Below are positions 10,788 to 19,884 of a stretch of DNA of 64,000 nt, in pieces (position 1 is the first letter of the stretch; every line of letters starts with the position of its first letter). The notes under the pieces were generated by a model. It saw nothing but the letters and a program-made list of their open reading frames with translations, searched no databases and was not told the origin of the DNA. The stretch spans positions 1,544,550 to 1,608,549 of the forward strand of contig OZ255827.1 in the NCBI GenBank assembly GCA_965277625.1, given 5' to 3'. Both the position numbers and the translations under genes were made by a program. This DNA comes from Gammaproteobacteria bacterium. GTDB lineage: Bacteria > Pseudomonadota > Gammaproteobacteria > CAKMZV01.

Positions 10788-11936
10788 ATGAATAAAGCAA
10801 TAAAATTTAATCAGCCCTATATAACTGGCAAAGAACTTGAATTAATAAACGATGTTTTTGCTCGAAATCAGTTCAGTGGTAATGGTTACTACACTCAAGC
10901 ATGCCAACAAAAAATCAAAGAAATTTTGGACGTTGAAAATGTGCTGTTAACCGACAGTTGCACGTCAGCTTTAGAAATATCAGCCCTGTTGCTTAGAAAA
11001 TGGCATGTAAAACAACAAATAATTTTGCCATCCTATACCTTTTCATCAACGGCTGCTGCGTTTGCACGTTGTGGTTTTGAAATAGTTTTTGCCGAGATTG
11101 AACCGCATACCATGATGATTGACATTGAGGATGTTAAACATAAGATTACCCCACATACTGCTGCCATTGTCATAGTGCACTACGCTGGATTTTGTGCTGA
11201 TTCAGCCAAATATAGAAAATTGTGCGATGATAACGGACTCTATTTGATTGAAGATGCTGCCCAAGCTTTTGGAAGTCGTAAAAATGACGAACCCATAGGC
11301 CGTGATGGTGATCTAAGCTGTTATTCATTCCACGAAACCAAAAATCTACACGCAGGATTGGCTGGTGCATTGGTGATCAATAATCATTCTTTTTTTGATA
11401 GAGCTTGTCATATGTGGGAAAGAGGCACAAACCGACAAGAAGTTTTAAAAGGGTTGATCGATAAATATTCTTGGGTCGAAATTGGCGGCAGTTTTTATCC
11501 AACTGAACTTCAAGCAGCTTTTTTATTGGCCCAACTGGATCATTTTCTTGAAAATTTATTGCAAAGAAAAAATCTATTTATGGGTTACTACAACTATTTT
11601 TGCAGCAAAAATTATTCAGATGTAAATTTTCCTCTTATACAAGATGATTTTCAAACAAACTACCATGCCTTTTGGCTAACTTTTAGGTCTGAGGCAGAAT
11701 GCGATTATGTTCGGAAGACCCTGTCTAAACAAAGCATATCTGCCTATATCGGTTATGTGCCACTCCATTCATCCCAAGTGGGGTTACAAATGAATTATCA
11801 ACCTGACGATCTTCCTTTAACGGAAGCATTTGCCAAAAAAATTCTAAGGCTTCCCATGCATAACAATATGAGTCAGAAAGATGTTGACAGCATTTGTACG
11901 AATATCAATCAAGCTTTAACACAATACCGAAAATAA
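10788..11936 (+). CDS. DegT/DnrJ/EryC1/StrS family sugar aminotransferase (WecE/ArnB-like, dTDP-4-keto-6-deoxyhexose aminotransferase)
   Basis: 382 aa. Collinear with E. coli WecE (SCTSALE, PSYTFxST, FSFHETKN, WxExG). Confidence 0.85.
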   Translation: MNKAIKFNQPYITGKELELINDVFARNQFSGNGYYTQACQQKIKEILDVENVLLTDSCTSALEISALLLRKWHVKQQIILPSYTFSSTAAAFARCGFEIVFAEIEPHTMMIDIEDVKHKITPHTAAIVIVHYAGFCADSAKYRKLCDDNGLYLIEDAAQAFGSRKNDEPIGRDGDLSCYSFHETKNLHAGLAGALVINNHSFFDRACHMWERGTNRQEVLKGLIDKYSWVEIGGSFYPTELQAAFLLAQLDHFLENLLQRKNLFMGYYNYFCSKNYSDVNFPLIQDDFQTNYHAFWLTFRSEAECDYVRKTLSKQSISAYIGYVPLHSSQVGLQMNYQPDDLPLTEAFAKKILRLPMHNNMSQKDVDSICTNINQALTQYRK

Positions 11937-11945
11937 AGAGATAAC

Positions 11946-12719
11946 ATGACCTCTTTTAACACAGCAAAATACGAAGTACAACAACTGCTCAACAAGATCT
12001 CTAAGACGGTTGAAGATGATCTACGACTTGAAGCCATTGTTGAAAGTATTAAAGACTGGTCTGAAATTGAATCCATTGCTTCAATTGAGCAGTGGTTTAT
12101 TGAACAGCAGGAACAGTGTTCAATGGTTTTAGAAGACATTCCAATAACGGAATGTAGAGGATGGTCGCTGAACCCAAAAAGTGGATTCGTTGAGCACGAC
12201 AGTGGTGAATTTTTCTATGTCCAAGGCATACGAATAAAACACTCCAAAAGTCGTGAAGTGACAGAGGGATGGGATCAGCCTATGTTAACTCAAGTGGGTT
12301 ATAACGGTGGCATTGTCGGCGTCATCAGAACCAAAATAAACGAAATACCTTATTACCTTGTGCAAGCCAAAGCCGAACCAGGCAATCCAGATAAAGTTCA
12401 AATCAGCCCTGCCCTGCAAGCAACATTCAGTAATATCAAAAAATCTCATGGGGGCAGTAATCCGCTTTTTCATGAATATTTTGAATTCCCTGATCAAAAT
12501 AATGCCACAGTATTATTCAACCAGTGGATGTCTGAAGATGGTGGACGATTACATTTAAAATGTAACAGAGGGATGATCGTCGAAATACTTTCTGAGGCAA
12601 TAACAAGTTTAGAAATACCGCCTTCTTTTAAATGGCTTTCATTGTTCCAAATCAAACACCTCATAAAAAATAGCAGCTGGGTGAATCCTCACGTTAGAGG
12701 CATCATTTCTCACCTATAA
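11946..12719 (+). CDS. Single-domain NDP-hexose 2,3-dehydratase-like protein (putative)
   Basis: 257 aa. FFYVQGIRIKH...GWDQPMLTQ...GGIVGVI...YYLVQAKAEPGN resembles one repeat of the EvaA/TylX3 Hexose_dehydrat domain. Recognition is from memory of the family motif, so it is tentative. Confidence 0.4.
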   Translation: MTSFNTAKYEVQQLLNKISKTVEDDLRLEAIVESIKDWSEIESIASIEQWFIEQQEQCSMVLEDIPITECRGWSLNPKSGFVEHDSGEFFYVQGIRIKHSKSREVTEGWDQPMLTQVGYNGGIVGVIRTKINEIPYYLVQAKAEPGNPDKVQISPALQATFSNIKKSHGGSNPLFHEYFEFPDQNNATVLFNQWMSEDGGRLHLKCNRGMIVEILSEAITSLEIPPSFKWLSLFQIKHLIKNSSWVNPHVRGIISHL

Positions 12720-12731
12720 AGATACTCCATC

Positions 12732-13682
12732 ATGAATTTGGCAGTTTGGTCTATAGGCAGTCACGCGAGAAAAAATATTCTCCCTGCTGTCATAAAATCT
12801 AAAAAAGTCAATCTCAAAGGTTTATTGACTCGACACACAAAACTCGGTGAAGACCTCTGTGCGGATTATCAGTGTGTTCAATACTCGTCAGCCGAAGCTT
12901 TACTACAATCACCAGACATTGATATCATTCATATTTGTAGCCCAAACGGGATTCATTTTGAACAAGCAAAAGCTTGTATTGAGCATGGTAAACATATCAT
13001 TGTCGAAAAAAGAGCCTTTTCTACATTGGAACAGTCCTATGAAATTGCAAATCTTGCCAAAGCGCAAAAGGTTTTAGTATTTGAAGCATTTATGTATCAA
13101 TATCATGCCCAATTTAAGCAATTAAAAAAATTGCTGGCAGAAAAAAAATATGGTGCCATAAGATCCATTTACGCATCTTTTGGTTTTCCATACTTACCAA
13201 AAAATAGTGTTCGACATTCAAAGAAACTCGATGGTGGTGCCTTAGGTGATGCAGGTGTTTATCCCATTTCAGCAATCTTGGCTTTAATGGGAAATGATGT
13301 GGATTTGGTTTATTCGACGATGAATTTTGAAAAAGATTTTGAAGTTGATACCTCTGGCTTAGCGGTGTTTAAAAACAAAGGCCAAAAAGGCATTTGCCAA
13401 TGGATATTTGGAGGCAGTTATAAAAACGCCATTGAAATTTGGTGTGAAAATGGCCATATTTATGTCGATCGAGCCTTTTCCAAAACCGAACAATTCCCTA
13501 CAAGCCTCTCAATTCATCACAATGGCGAAATCATTGAAACCATAAACTCTGGAGAAGACAATCATTTTACAAACATGTACGATCATTGCTACGATTTAAT
13601 TAATGAAGAACAATATGAATCATCCATTGAATCGCTGATTTTACAATCTGAAATCGTAGAAAAAATTCGCTTAAAACAATGA
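12732..13682 (+). CDS. Gfo/Idh/MocA family oxidoreductase (candidate NDP-sugar ketoreductase, KijD10-like)
   Basis: 316 aa. N-terminal Rossmann fold and IHICSPNGIHFEQAKACIEHGKHIIVEK consensus (EKP-like motif). Confidence 0.75.
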   Translation: MNLAVWSIGSHARKNILPAVIKSKKVNLKGLLTRHTKLGEDLCADYQCVQYSSAEALLQSPDIDIIHICSPNGIHFEQAKACIEHGKHIIVEKRAFSTLEQSYEIANLAKAQKVLVFEAFMYQYHAQFKQLKKLLAEKKYGAIRSIYASFGFPYLPKNSVRHSKKLDGGALGDAGVYPISAILALMGNDVDLVYSTMNFEKDFEVDTSGLAVFKNKGQKGICQWIFGGSYKNAIEIWCENGHIYVDRAFSKTEQFPTSLSIHHNGEIIETINSGEDNHFTNMYDHCYDLINEEQYESSIESLILQSEIVEKIRLKQ

Positions 13683-14626
13683 TCAGTTTTGTTATTCCCG
13701 TTTATTTCACGTCTCCTTCAGAGTCTGGGTTGACAAAGTTGATCGACAGAATCACTGCGATTTGTGAACAAATAGATTCGTCTTTTGAAATCATTTTGGT
13801 GGACGATGCTTGCCCATCAAATTCTTGGGATCATATTCAGAAACTGTGTGTCAAAATGCCTGCCATAGTCAAAGGCATCAAACACAGTCGAAATTTTGGT
13901 CAACAAAATGCCATTACTACTGGACTTTCCATGAGTAGTGGTGAGTGGATGGTCGTTATGGATTGTGATTTTCAAGATGACCCTGAAGCCATCTTCGATC
14001 TCTGGGCAAAAAAAAATGAAGGCTTTGATTATGTTGTTATCTCACGTTTTAATCGTCAAGATTCATTTTTAAAAAAATCAACCTCTTATCTCTTTTGGCG
14101 ATTATTCTCATTTTTAACCAATACAACGCTAGATGGTTCTGTTGCAAACTATGGCATCTATAACCGTAAAGTCATCAATGCTTATTTATCTATCAATGAT
14201 CAAATAAAATCTTTTCCAGCCCACGTTAATTGGTTAGGATTCAATAGGGCAACCATAGAATATCAGCACCAACCGAGATTGAGCGGCAAATCATCTTATA
14301 GCATTGCCAAAATGTTCATATTAGCAACCAATACCATACTGAATTTTTCTGACAGACCCTTGTGGCTAATTGCACAAACAGGGCTTTGGATCTCTGCACT
14401 CAGCATATTGACCGCTTTGTGTTTTTTTATAGGCGCTTTATTGGACATATTTGTGGTTCAAGGCTGGGCGGGTATTATTGTGTCCATTTGGTTATTCTCA
14501 GGCTTAATCATTTTTTTACTTGGGATAATAGGACTCTACGTTTCCAAAACATTTGAGCAAACCAAAAACCGCCCCACAGCCATTATTTCAGAAAAAATTG
14601 GCTTTGAACGAGAAGAACTAAAATGA
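13679..14626 (+). CDS. GT2 polyprenyl-phosphate glycosyltransferase (ArnC/GtrB-like)
   Basis: 315 aa. ISFVIPVYF...ILVDDAC...NFGQQNA...VVMDCDFQDDP with two C-terminal transmembrane helices, the ArnC/GtrB architecture. Confidence 0.8.
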   Translation: MISFVIPVYFTSPSESGLTKLIDRITAICEQIDSSFEIILVDDACPSNSWDHIQKLCVKMPAIVKGIKHSRNFGQQNAITTGLSMSSGEWMVVMDCDFQDDPEAIFDLWAKKNEGFDYVVISRFNRQDSFLKKSTSYLFWRLFSFLTNTTLDGSVANYGIYNRKVINAYLSINDQIKSFPAHVNWLGFNRATIEYQHQPRLSGKSSYSIAKMFILATNTILNFSDRPLWLIAQTGLWISALSILTALCFFIGALLDIFVVQGWAGIIVSIWLFSGLIIFLLGIIGLYVSKTFEQTKNRPTAIISEKIGFEREELK

Positions 14627-14991
14627 ATTATTTATATATTTTAGGTTGTATAATCTTCACCGTTTATGGGCAGTTAATCATTAAACATAGACTGGCATCT
14701 CATCCACCCTTACCTGGTGATTTCTCTGAAAAGATGATTGCAGTCATCAAGTTGCTTTTTGACCCCTTTATTGCCTCAGGTCTATTTGCTGCATTCATAG
14801 CTGCGCTTCTGTGGATCGTTGCCCTCTCAAAATTTGAATTGAGCTTTGCTTATCCCATGATGAGTTTCTCTTTCGTGTTAGTCAGCATATTCTCGTTCTT
14901 ACTATTCAATGAGGTAATGAGCGTGTATAAAATTTTAGGATTAATACTAATCATGTCAGGTATTTTTATTCTGAATTTGCATGCTAAATGA
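14623..14991 (+). CDS. ArnE/ArnF-like (EamA/SMR-type) small 4-TM flippase subunit
   Basis: 122 aa. Alignable by eye to E. coli ArnF (IFTVYGQLIIKHRLASHPP vs IASVAQLSLGFAASHLPP; AYPMMSFSFVLVSI...IMSGIFIL). Confidence 0.6.
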   Translation: MNYLYILGCIIFTVYGQLIIKHRLASHPPLPGDFSEKMIAVIKLLFDPFIASGLFAAFIAALLWIVALSKFELSFAYPMMSFSFVLVSIFSFLLFNEVMSVYKILGLILIMSGIFILNLHAK

Positions 14992-16385
14992 GCATAACTT
15001 TTCCTTCTTTAACCGTTATTGATTGGGTACTAACTGCCCTCATATTAGCCATTATTTGTTGTGCCATTTATCTTTTTGGCAACTATTGCACCCACTGCAT
15101 TGATCAGGCTTGGACTGCATCTTTTGGTCTCAATTTTATTCAAAACCAAACCTATGTTGAAGACTTAACCTTTGCAAATTCTGCAGGAGATTTTCGTTTT
15201 TTTGGGATGACACTTGCATATGTCAATGGCAAGTTAGCATCAACATTTAGTACCCATCCCTACTTTTTTGCTTTAATTTCAACTTGTTTTACACTGCTTT
15301 CCAACGTTTTTTGGTATTTTGGTTTTAAACGATTATTTAATCGAAACATCGCTTTATTTACAACCTTATGCCTGTTTATTGCCACCACAAGTTTTGGTGT
15401 TAGCCAAATTAATCGTCCTGAAGCGCTTTTGTTTCTTCTCTGCTCAGTCAGCTTCTGTTGTGCCAGTTATCGCTATTATTTCATTGCGGCGATTTTAGCA
15501 GGCATTTGTATTGAAATTCATCCCATGGGGTTCATCTGCTTCATTTATTTGACTGGCGTATTACTCATTTCTGATGATCGTAAGCATATTAAACATTGGT
15601 TGGCTATAGGGATTGCTGGTTTGATTGGACTGGGGTATTTTCTGCTCCTTCATCATCCCTATTTAGAACTTTATCAAACTATTTTAAGTCAAGCACGAGG
15701 TGCAAATTTTATTCAAAATAATTTCATTTTGGCTTATTTTTTTGATGTCAGATATTTTAAAAATGTCCCCGAAGCCTTTCTTTTAATTGCGATGATTGTT
15801 GTCACACTAATCAAAAAAAATGCTTTCTCCAATACAGCTGTACGTCTTAGCCTATTATGGTTAATAGCCATTTTGTTGTTTTCCTTATTGATTGGCAGAG
15901 GCAATACGCAGTATGGTATTTATTTATTACCACCGCTATTCCTACTCTCTGTCGCACAACTTCATCAATGGAAGACGTTCAAACCGATCATTGTGCTAAT
16001 CGTTGTTTATTACTTACTGCAATATATGGCTTTAATTTATATTAATGGCCATTTTAGAATGCATCAATACCATAATCAAATCAATCAACACCTCCCAAAA
16101 AAGTCAGAGGGGACCATTTATTTAGGGCATTCTAATCACTGGTTTACATTTAATAACGACCCCGACCGCCAGTTTTACACCGTCCAAGAGAATGATTTAA
16201 AATTTCTTAAAAATCAAAGATTTATCTGGATTCGCGACAACATTTGGGAACCAATTAACGCCCAACCGACAACTGAATTTCAAAAGTTGGCTAAAAAATG
16301 TCCAATGAAATTGCTAAGCCATTTCGATTACGGTCGGCATTCAGTACGATTTGAGCAATATGATTGCCGTAAAATTGCACCTTAA
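14988..16385 (+). CDS. Polytopic membrane protein, putative GT-C glycosyltransferase (ArnT/Gtr-type-like)
   Basis: 465 aa with ~11 predicted TM helices, acidic residues in the first extracytoplasmic loop (YVEDL) and a ~90-aa soluble C-terminal tail. Gene position matches arnC-arnE/F-arnT or gtrB-gtrA-gtr(type) logic. Confidence 0.4.
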   Translation: MSITFPSLTVIDWVLTALILAIICCAIYLFGNYCTHCIDQAWTASFGLNFIQNQTYVEDLTFANSAGDFRFFGMTLAYVNGKLASTFSTHPYFFALISTCFTLLSNVFWYFGFKRLFNRNIALFTTLCLFIATTSFGVSQINRPEALLFLLCSVSFCCASYRYYFIAAILAGICIEIHPMGFICFIYLTGVLLISDDRKHIKHWLAIGIAGLIGLGYFLLLHHPYLELYQTILSQARGANFIQNNFILAYFFDVRYFKNVPEAFLLIAMIVVTLIKKNAFSNTAVRLSLLWLIAILLFSLLIGRGNTQYGIYLLPPLFLLSVAQLHQWKTFKPIIVLIVVYYLLQYMALIYINGHFRMHQYHNQINQHLPKKSEGTIYLGHSNHWFTFNNDPDRQFYTVQENDLKFLKNQRFIWIRDNIWEPINAQPTTEFQKLAKKCPMKLLSHFDYGRHSVRFEQYDCRKIAP

Positions 16386-16514
16386 ATTACCCTGCTGTCT
16401 TGAAAATTAAATAAAAAATAATCCACAACTGTGGGAAATTTTATAGAAAACGTAAATCTTATTGTAAAAAACCGCCTAAATAAATCATCCATAAACAATC
16501 TATTGAGAAAATAT

Positions 16515-17540
16515 ATGAATACCACTGACGCCGCTTTAACATCTAATACTCCGCCTTTACTAAACAAAATTTCATCAGTGATTGGGTTAATCGTGCCAAT
16601 CGCTAGCTTTTTTCTATTGTCAAAAACCTTAAGTCCCCCTGCATTATGGGTGATGATGGGTGTATTACTCGGATTGCCCAGTGGTTTGAGCTTATTCATG
16701 CCCCGTTTTAATAAATGGGCGCAACTCTCAAGTACCATTGCCCTCATTGCTATTGTTGTCATTGCATCTGCAGACTTATGGCATGCATTATTGAATCAAG
16801 TACAAGCCGATCTATCGTTTCAACTATTGAGTCTCATATTGGCTTTGCTCATTGCTGCTGTATTGCAATTAACGCAGTTGCTGTATAGTGTGACCGAAGA
16901 TGAAATGAAGGTTCACGATCTAACCGATAAGGCTTTAAGTGGTCCGTCATTGGTCATAAGTTTCAGCATTGGTCTGATTCTGACTTCTTTGATGCTATCT
17001 TGGATGCAGACGACGGAAATCGCGCTCATGTCCAGTATTTCTCCAAAATTTTTAACCCGCGGCGTTATCCCACCACTGACCCTCACCTTGTTTTTCTGGG
17101 GCGCCTTATTGTTATTCGGTAAATGGCTCAAAATGCTGATTCAAGTCAAGCATAGTGATAGTGCCCGTTCTCACTTCAACACAGCGCATCAAAAAACTGA
17201 CACTTCAGTTAAAAAACAAGATGAATTCTTTCAACTAATCTGGCAACAATTTGAGGCTTCTTACACCCTTCCTCGATACATCAATTGGGCCATTCCCATA
17301 CTTGGGTTTATTGGCACAGTTTTGGGCATTTCTCTTGCAACAGAGGGTTTGAGTGCCATATTGGCCAATAATGATTCAGAGTTTAATCAGTTGCTCGGTT
17401 CTGCTCTTTCCCCGCTCGGTATCGCCTTTGATACCACTTTAATTGCACTCTCATTATCAATTGCCTTGGCGTTTTCTCAAACCATACTTTATCGCTGGGA
17501 AGAAAAACAATTGCTCATTTTGGAAGAAAAACTTAAATAA
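16515..17540 (+). CDS. MotA/TolQ/ExbB-family proton channel protein
   Basis: C-terminal ILGFIGTVLGI...LGIAFDTTLIALSLSIA matches the ExbB/TolQ TM2-TM3 signature, with extra N-terminal TM helices. ATG at 16515 preferred over the GTG at 16431, which lies inside a promoter-like AT-rich palindrome. Confidence 0.6.
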   Translation: MNTTDAALTSNTPPLLNKISSVIGLIVPIASFFLLSKTLSPPALWVMMGVLLGLPSGLSLFMPRFNKWAQLSSTIALIAIVVIASADLWHALLNQVQADLSFQLLSLILALLIAAVLQLTQLLYSVTEDEMKVHDLTDKALSGPSLVISFSIGLILTSLMLSWMQTTEIALMSSISPKFLTRGVIPPLTLTLFFWGALLLFGKWLKMLIQVKHSDSARSHFNTAHQKTDTSVKKQDEFFQLIWQQFEASYTLPRYINWAIPILGFIGTVLGISLATEGLSAILANNDSEFNQLLGSALSPLGIAFDTTLIALSLSIALAFSQTILYRWEEKQLLILEEKLK

Positions 17541-17543
17541 TCC

Positions 17544-18095
17544 ATGCCCAAAAAGATCCATCGTAAAGGGAAAAGCCTGTTCAATAGTGGCGATATCGAT
17601 GCGCCTATGGTTGAGGTGTTCGGTGGTGCCTTGGCATTGTTGATCATCATTTTTATTTTAATCAATTTGATTGTGACGCAAGACATCCGCGCCATGTTGG
17701 ACCGTTCAACCGAAGACGCCAAATTTAAAGTGTCTTGGCAAAATGGCACCGAAGGTTTGGTGGTTATTTCCTACCCTGACAAGCTGCGCATCATTGAAAC
17801 CAATGAGAGTATCCCCCGCTCTAAAATATGCACACCCAATAACCCTTTCCTGCGCTACGTCGAGAACATCTATAACAATTCGCAGAATCAACAACTGATT
17901 TTTGCCATTTTAGACAATGGGGTGGAAACCATGGCCATTGCTCGCAATTGTATGCGCGCCCGCTGGGCTCAACGGGTCATCAATATTGGTTGGATTATTG
18001 CCAATCAAGACTTGCTGTCCACCGTTCGATTGCAGGATTTACCTGCGCGCATAAAGAAATCGTTAAACTTTAATAAACCACCAACAACGCAATGA
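17544..18095 (+). CDS. ExbD/TolR/MotB-like biopolymer transport protein
   Basis: 183 aa. Short cytoplasmic N-terminus, a single TM (FGGALALLIIIFILINLIV, like ExbD VMLVLLIIFMV), then a periplasmic domain. Confidence 0.5.
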   Translation: MPKKIHRKGKSLFNSGDIDAPMVEVFGGALALLIIIFILINLIVTQDIRAMLDRSTEDAKFKVSWQNGTEGLVVISYPDKLRIIETNESIPRSKICTPNNPFLRYVENIYNNSQNQQLIFAILDNGVETMAIARNCMRARWAQRVINIGWIIANQDLLSTVRLQDLPARIKKSLNFNKPPTTQ

Positions 18096-19882
18096 GTGAG
18101 CGTGTACAGCAACAGAATCAATCTAAATCATTTGGGTTGTTGGGCCAAAGTGGTGTGGCATTGGCTGATATTTTGGCAAACAGCGTTGCAGTGATTCTGA
18201 TCTTAATTGCCGTAACGCTCACCGTTCAACAAAAAAAAGCGCAAGATGAATTAGAACAAAATGCGGACATCACCACTATTTTAGCGAGACAGTTAGCAAC
18301 CAGCGTTGTGTTCAACGATTTGCCAACCAGCCCCCCTGCTCGATTACACGACTATCACTCATGCGAGATTCCGCATGACTGCAATCCCTATTTGTATCCG
18401 ATCATTGAAATGCACGATGGCTATATCCGTATTTTTAATAACAATACCAAAATTTATCGTAATGAACTGCTACGAAAAGAGAATGCCTTTGACTTATACA
18501 TCAAAAATTTACGTCCTGAAGAAATATTAAATTTGCGTTTAGACGTCTATTCTGTGAGTGAATACTACCTGACATTGGGCATTTTGAAAGAACATAATGC
18601 CAGTCCCAGACATTGGCACTACCTTGGTGAAAGTGTGCCACCATTGAAAAATCAAATACTTAATGAAGAACGCATTGCCGGACATCAACAAGACCAAAGT
18701 TCAGAAGGTTTGGATGAGGGTCAAAGCAACAGTGACAGTGAGGGCAGCAATGATTCAGAAAGTTCAAGCCGCTCAAACCAACAAAGCCAGGGTCAAACGC
18801 CTTCACAAATGCCCGAAGGAACCGAATTGGCCGATTCTGAATCTCGGCAGTCTCTGCAGTATGATAGCCTTCTGCCGCCAGCCGATGGCGGGGCATCCAA
18901 TGAAGTCTCTGAAAATGCCCAAGAACAACCTGGCGGACCAACTGAATCCGAATCGTCTCAAAGCAACAAAACTCCCACGACTTTATTTGAAGCCTTAACG
19001 GGTATGATGGCAGAATCTCAAGGCCTTACCCCTCCTGAGCAAAGTGGTCAAGGTTCATCGGGCAAACGATCGATGCGTGTTCACGTCCCCAATGCTGGAA
19101 AATCAACTGGAAACGAAGGCAAATCCTCCGACAGTGTTAATTTACCTGCCGATGAATATCACCGTGTTGTGATTGCCTACATTCTGACAATGCTTGAACA
19201 AGCACACATTCAAAAAACTTTGGCACTCCCTCAAGCGAGAGAATGGCTGGCGCAGCTCGCTCAAAGCCCAGAGAGCATCCAACAACTGCCCTTGTATCCG
19301 CTGATTGATTCATTAGCGATGATCTTTGATCATGGGCATGAAGCCCGATCTTCAACATTGCAAAAAACCGTTATTGACGCAAGCTTGAGAGATAATCAAC
19401 TGCAAATTCCCTATAACGTTGCCTACCCTGCACCTGTTATAAAAACCTATAACACCCCTGTTTGGTTAGACAAACTGACTCAAGCCCAAAACGTTCAACC
19501 AGCGTTGTTAATGCGACTGTATCCCAGTCTATTTAAAGGCGAAGTTTTAGAATTTCCCGAAGGTTATACGGTTATTGTCCATCCTGATGAAGCTGCTAGA
19601 ACCATTGCTCAATGGCGACCCATTGCTGTACTCGATGCCCAATTAAATGACATCAGTTTAGGATTTGTTTATGCCTCAATAGCCAATGAGCAACTGGTGA
19701 TTCACGCAGGCGAAAACCAATTGTTATTGAATAAATTTCCCATTTCAGATCCACAAATCAGTGCCAAAGACAACACCGAAATTCTCACGCCCATACTATG
19801 GCTGTTTGGATTATTTACCCTCTTGGTATTACTGTCAAGAATGCGTATTCGAACTCGACGAGAATCCCTCAAATCCATTTAG
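18092..19882 (+). CDS. ExbD/TolR-like protein with long acidic low-complexity extension and C-terminal TM anchor
   Basis: 596 aa. N-terminal ExbD-like TM (ADILANSVAVILILIAVTL), an ExbD-like domain, then ~200 aa of S/E/Q/D-rich low-complexity sequence, a C-terminal globular part and a terminal hydrophobic helix. Confidence 0.4.
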   Translation: MSERVQQQNQSKSFGLLGQSGVALADILANSVAVILILIAVTLTVQQKKAQDELEQNADITTILARQLATSVVFNDLPTSPPARLHDYHSCEIPHDCNPYLYPIIEMHDGYIRIFNNNTKIYRNELLRKENAFDLYIKNLRPEEILNLRLDVYSVSEYYLTLGILKEHNASPRHWHYLGESVPPLKNQILNEERIAGHQQDQSSEGLDEGQSNSDSEGSNDSESSSRSNQQSQGQTPSQMPEGTELADSESRQSLQYDSLLPPADGGASNEVSENAQEQPGGPTESESSQSNKTPTTLFEALTGMMAESQGLTPPEQSGQGSSGKRSMRVHVPNAGKSTGNEGKSSDSVNLPADEYHRVVIAYILTMLEQAHIQKTLALPQAREWLAQLAQSPESIQQLPLYPLIDSLAMIFDHGHEARSSTLQKTVIDASLRDNQLQIPYNVAYPAPVIKTYNTPVWLDKLTQAQNVQPALLMRLYPSLFKGEVLEFPEGYTVIVHPDEAARTIAQWRPIAVLDAQLNDISLGFVYASIANEQLVIHAGENQLLLNKFPISDPQISAKDNTEILTPILWLFGLFTLLVLLSRMRIRTRRESLKSI

Positions 19883-19884
19883 CC

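Noticed and set aside
12847-13077. 76-aa plus-strand ORF inside the Gfo/Idh/MocA gene, and similar internal ORFs such as 15857..16045 and 14362..14556
   Set aside because: Alternative-frame ORFs inside well-supported CDSs. AT-rich sequence generates many of these.
16431-16514. Upstream GTG start for the MotA-like gene given in the ORF track
   Set aside because: The GTG lies inside an AT-rich, palindrome-containing promoter-like gap, and the extra 28 residues are hydrophilic filler. The ATG at 16515 with an upstream GAGAAAA is more plausible, though not certain.
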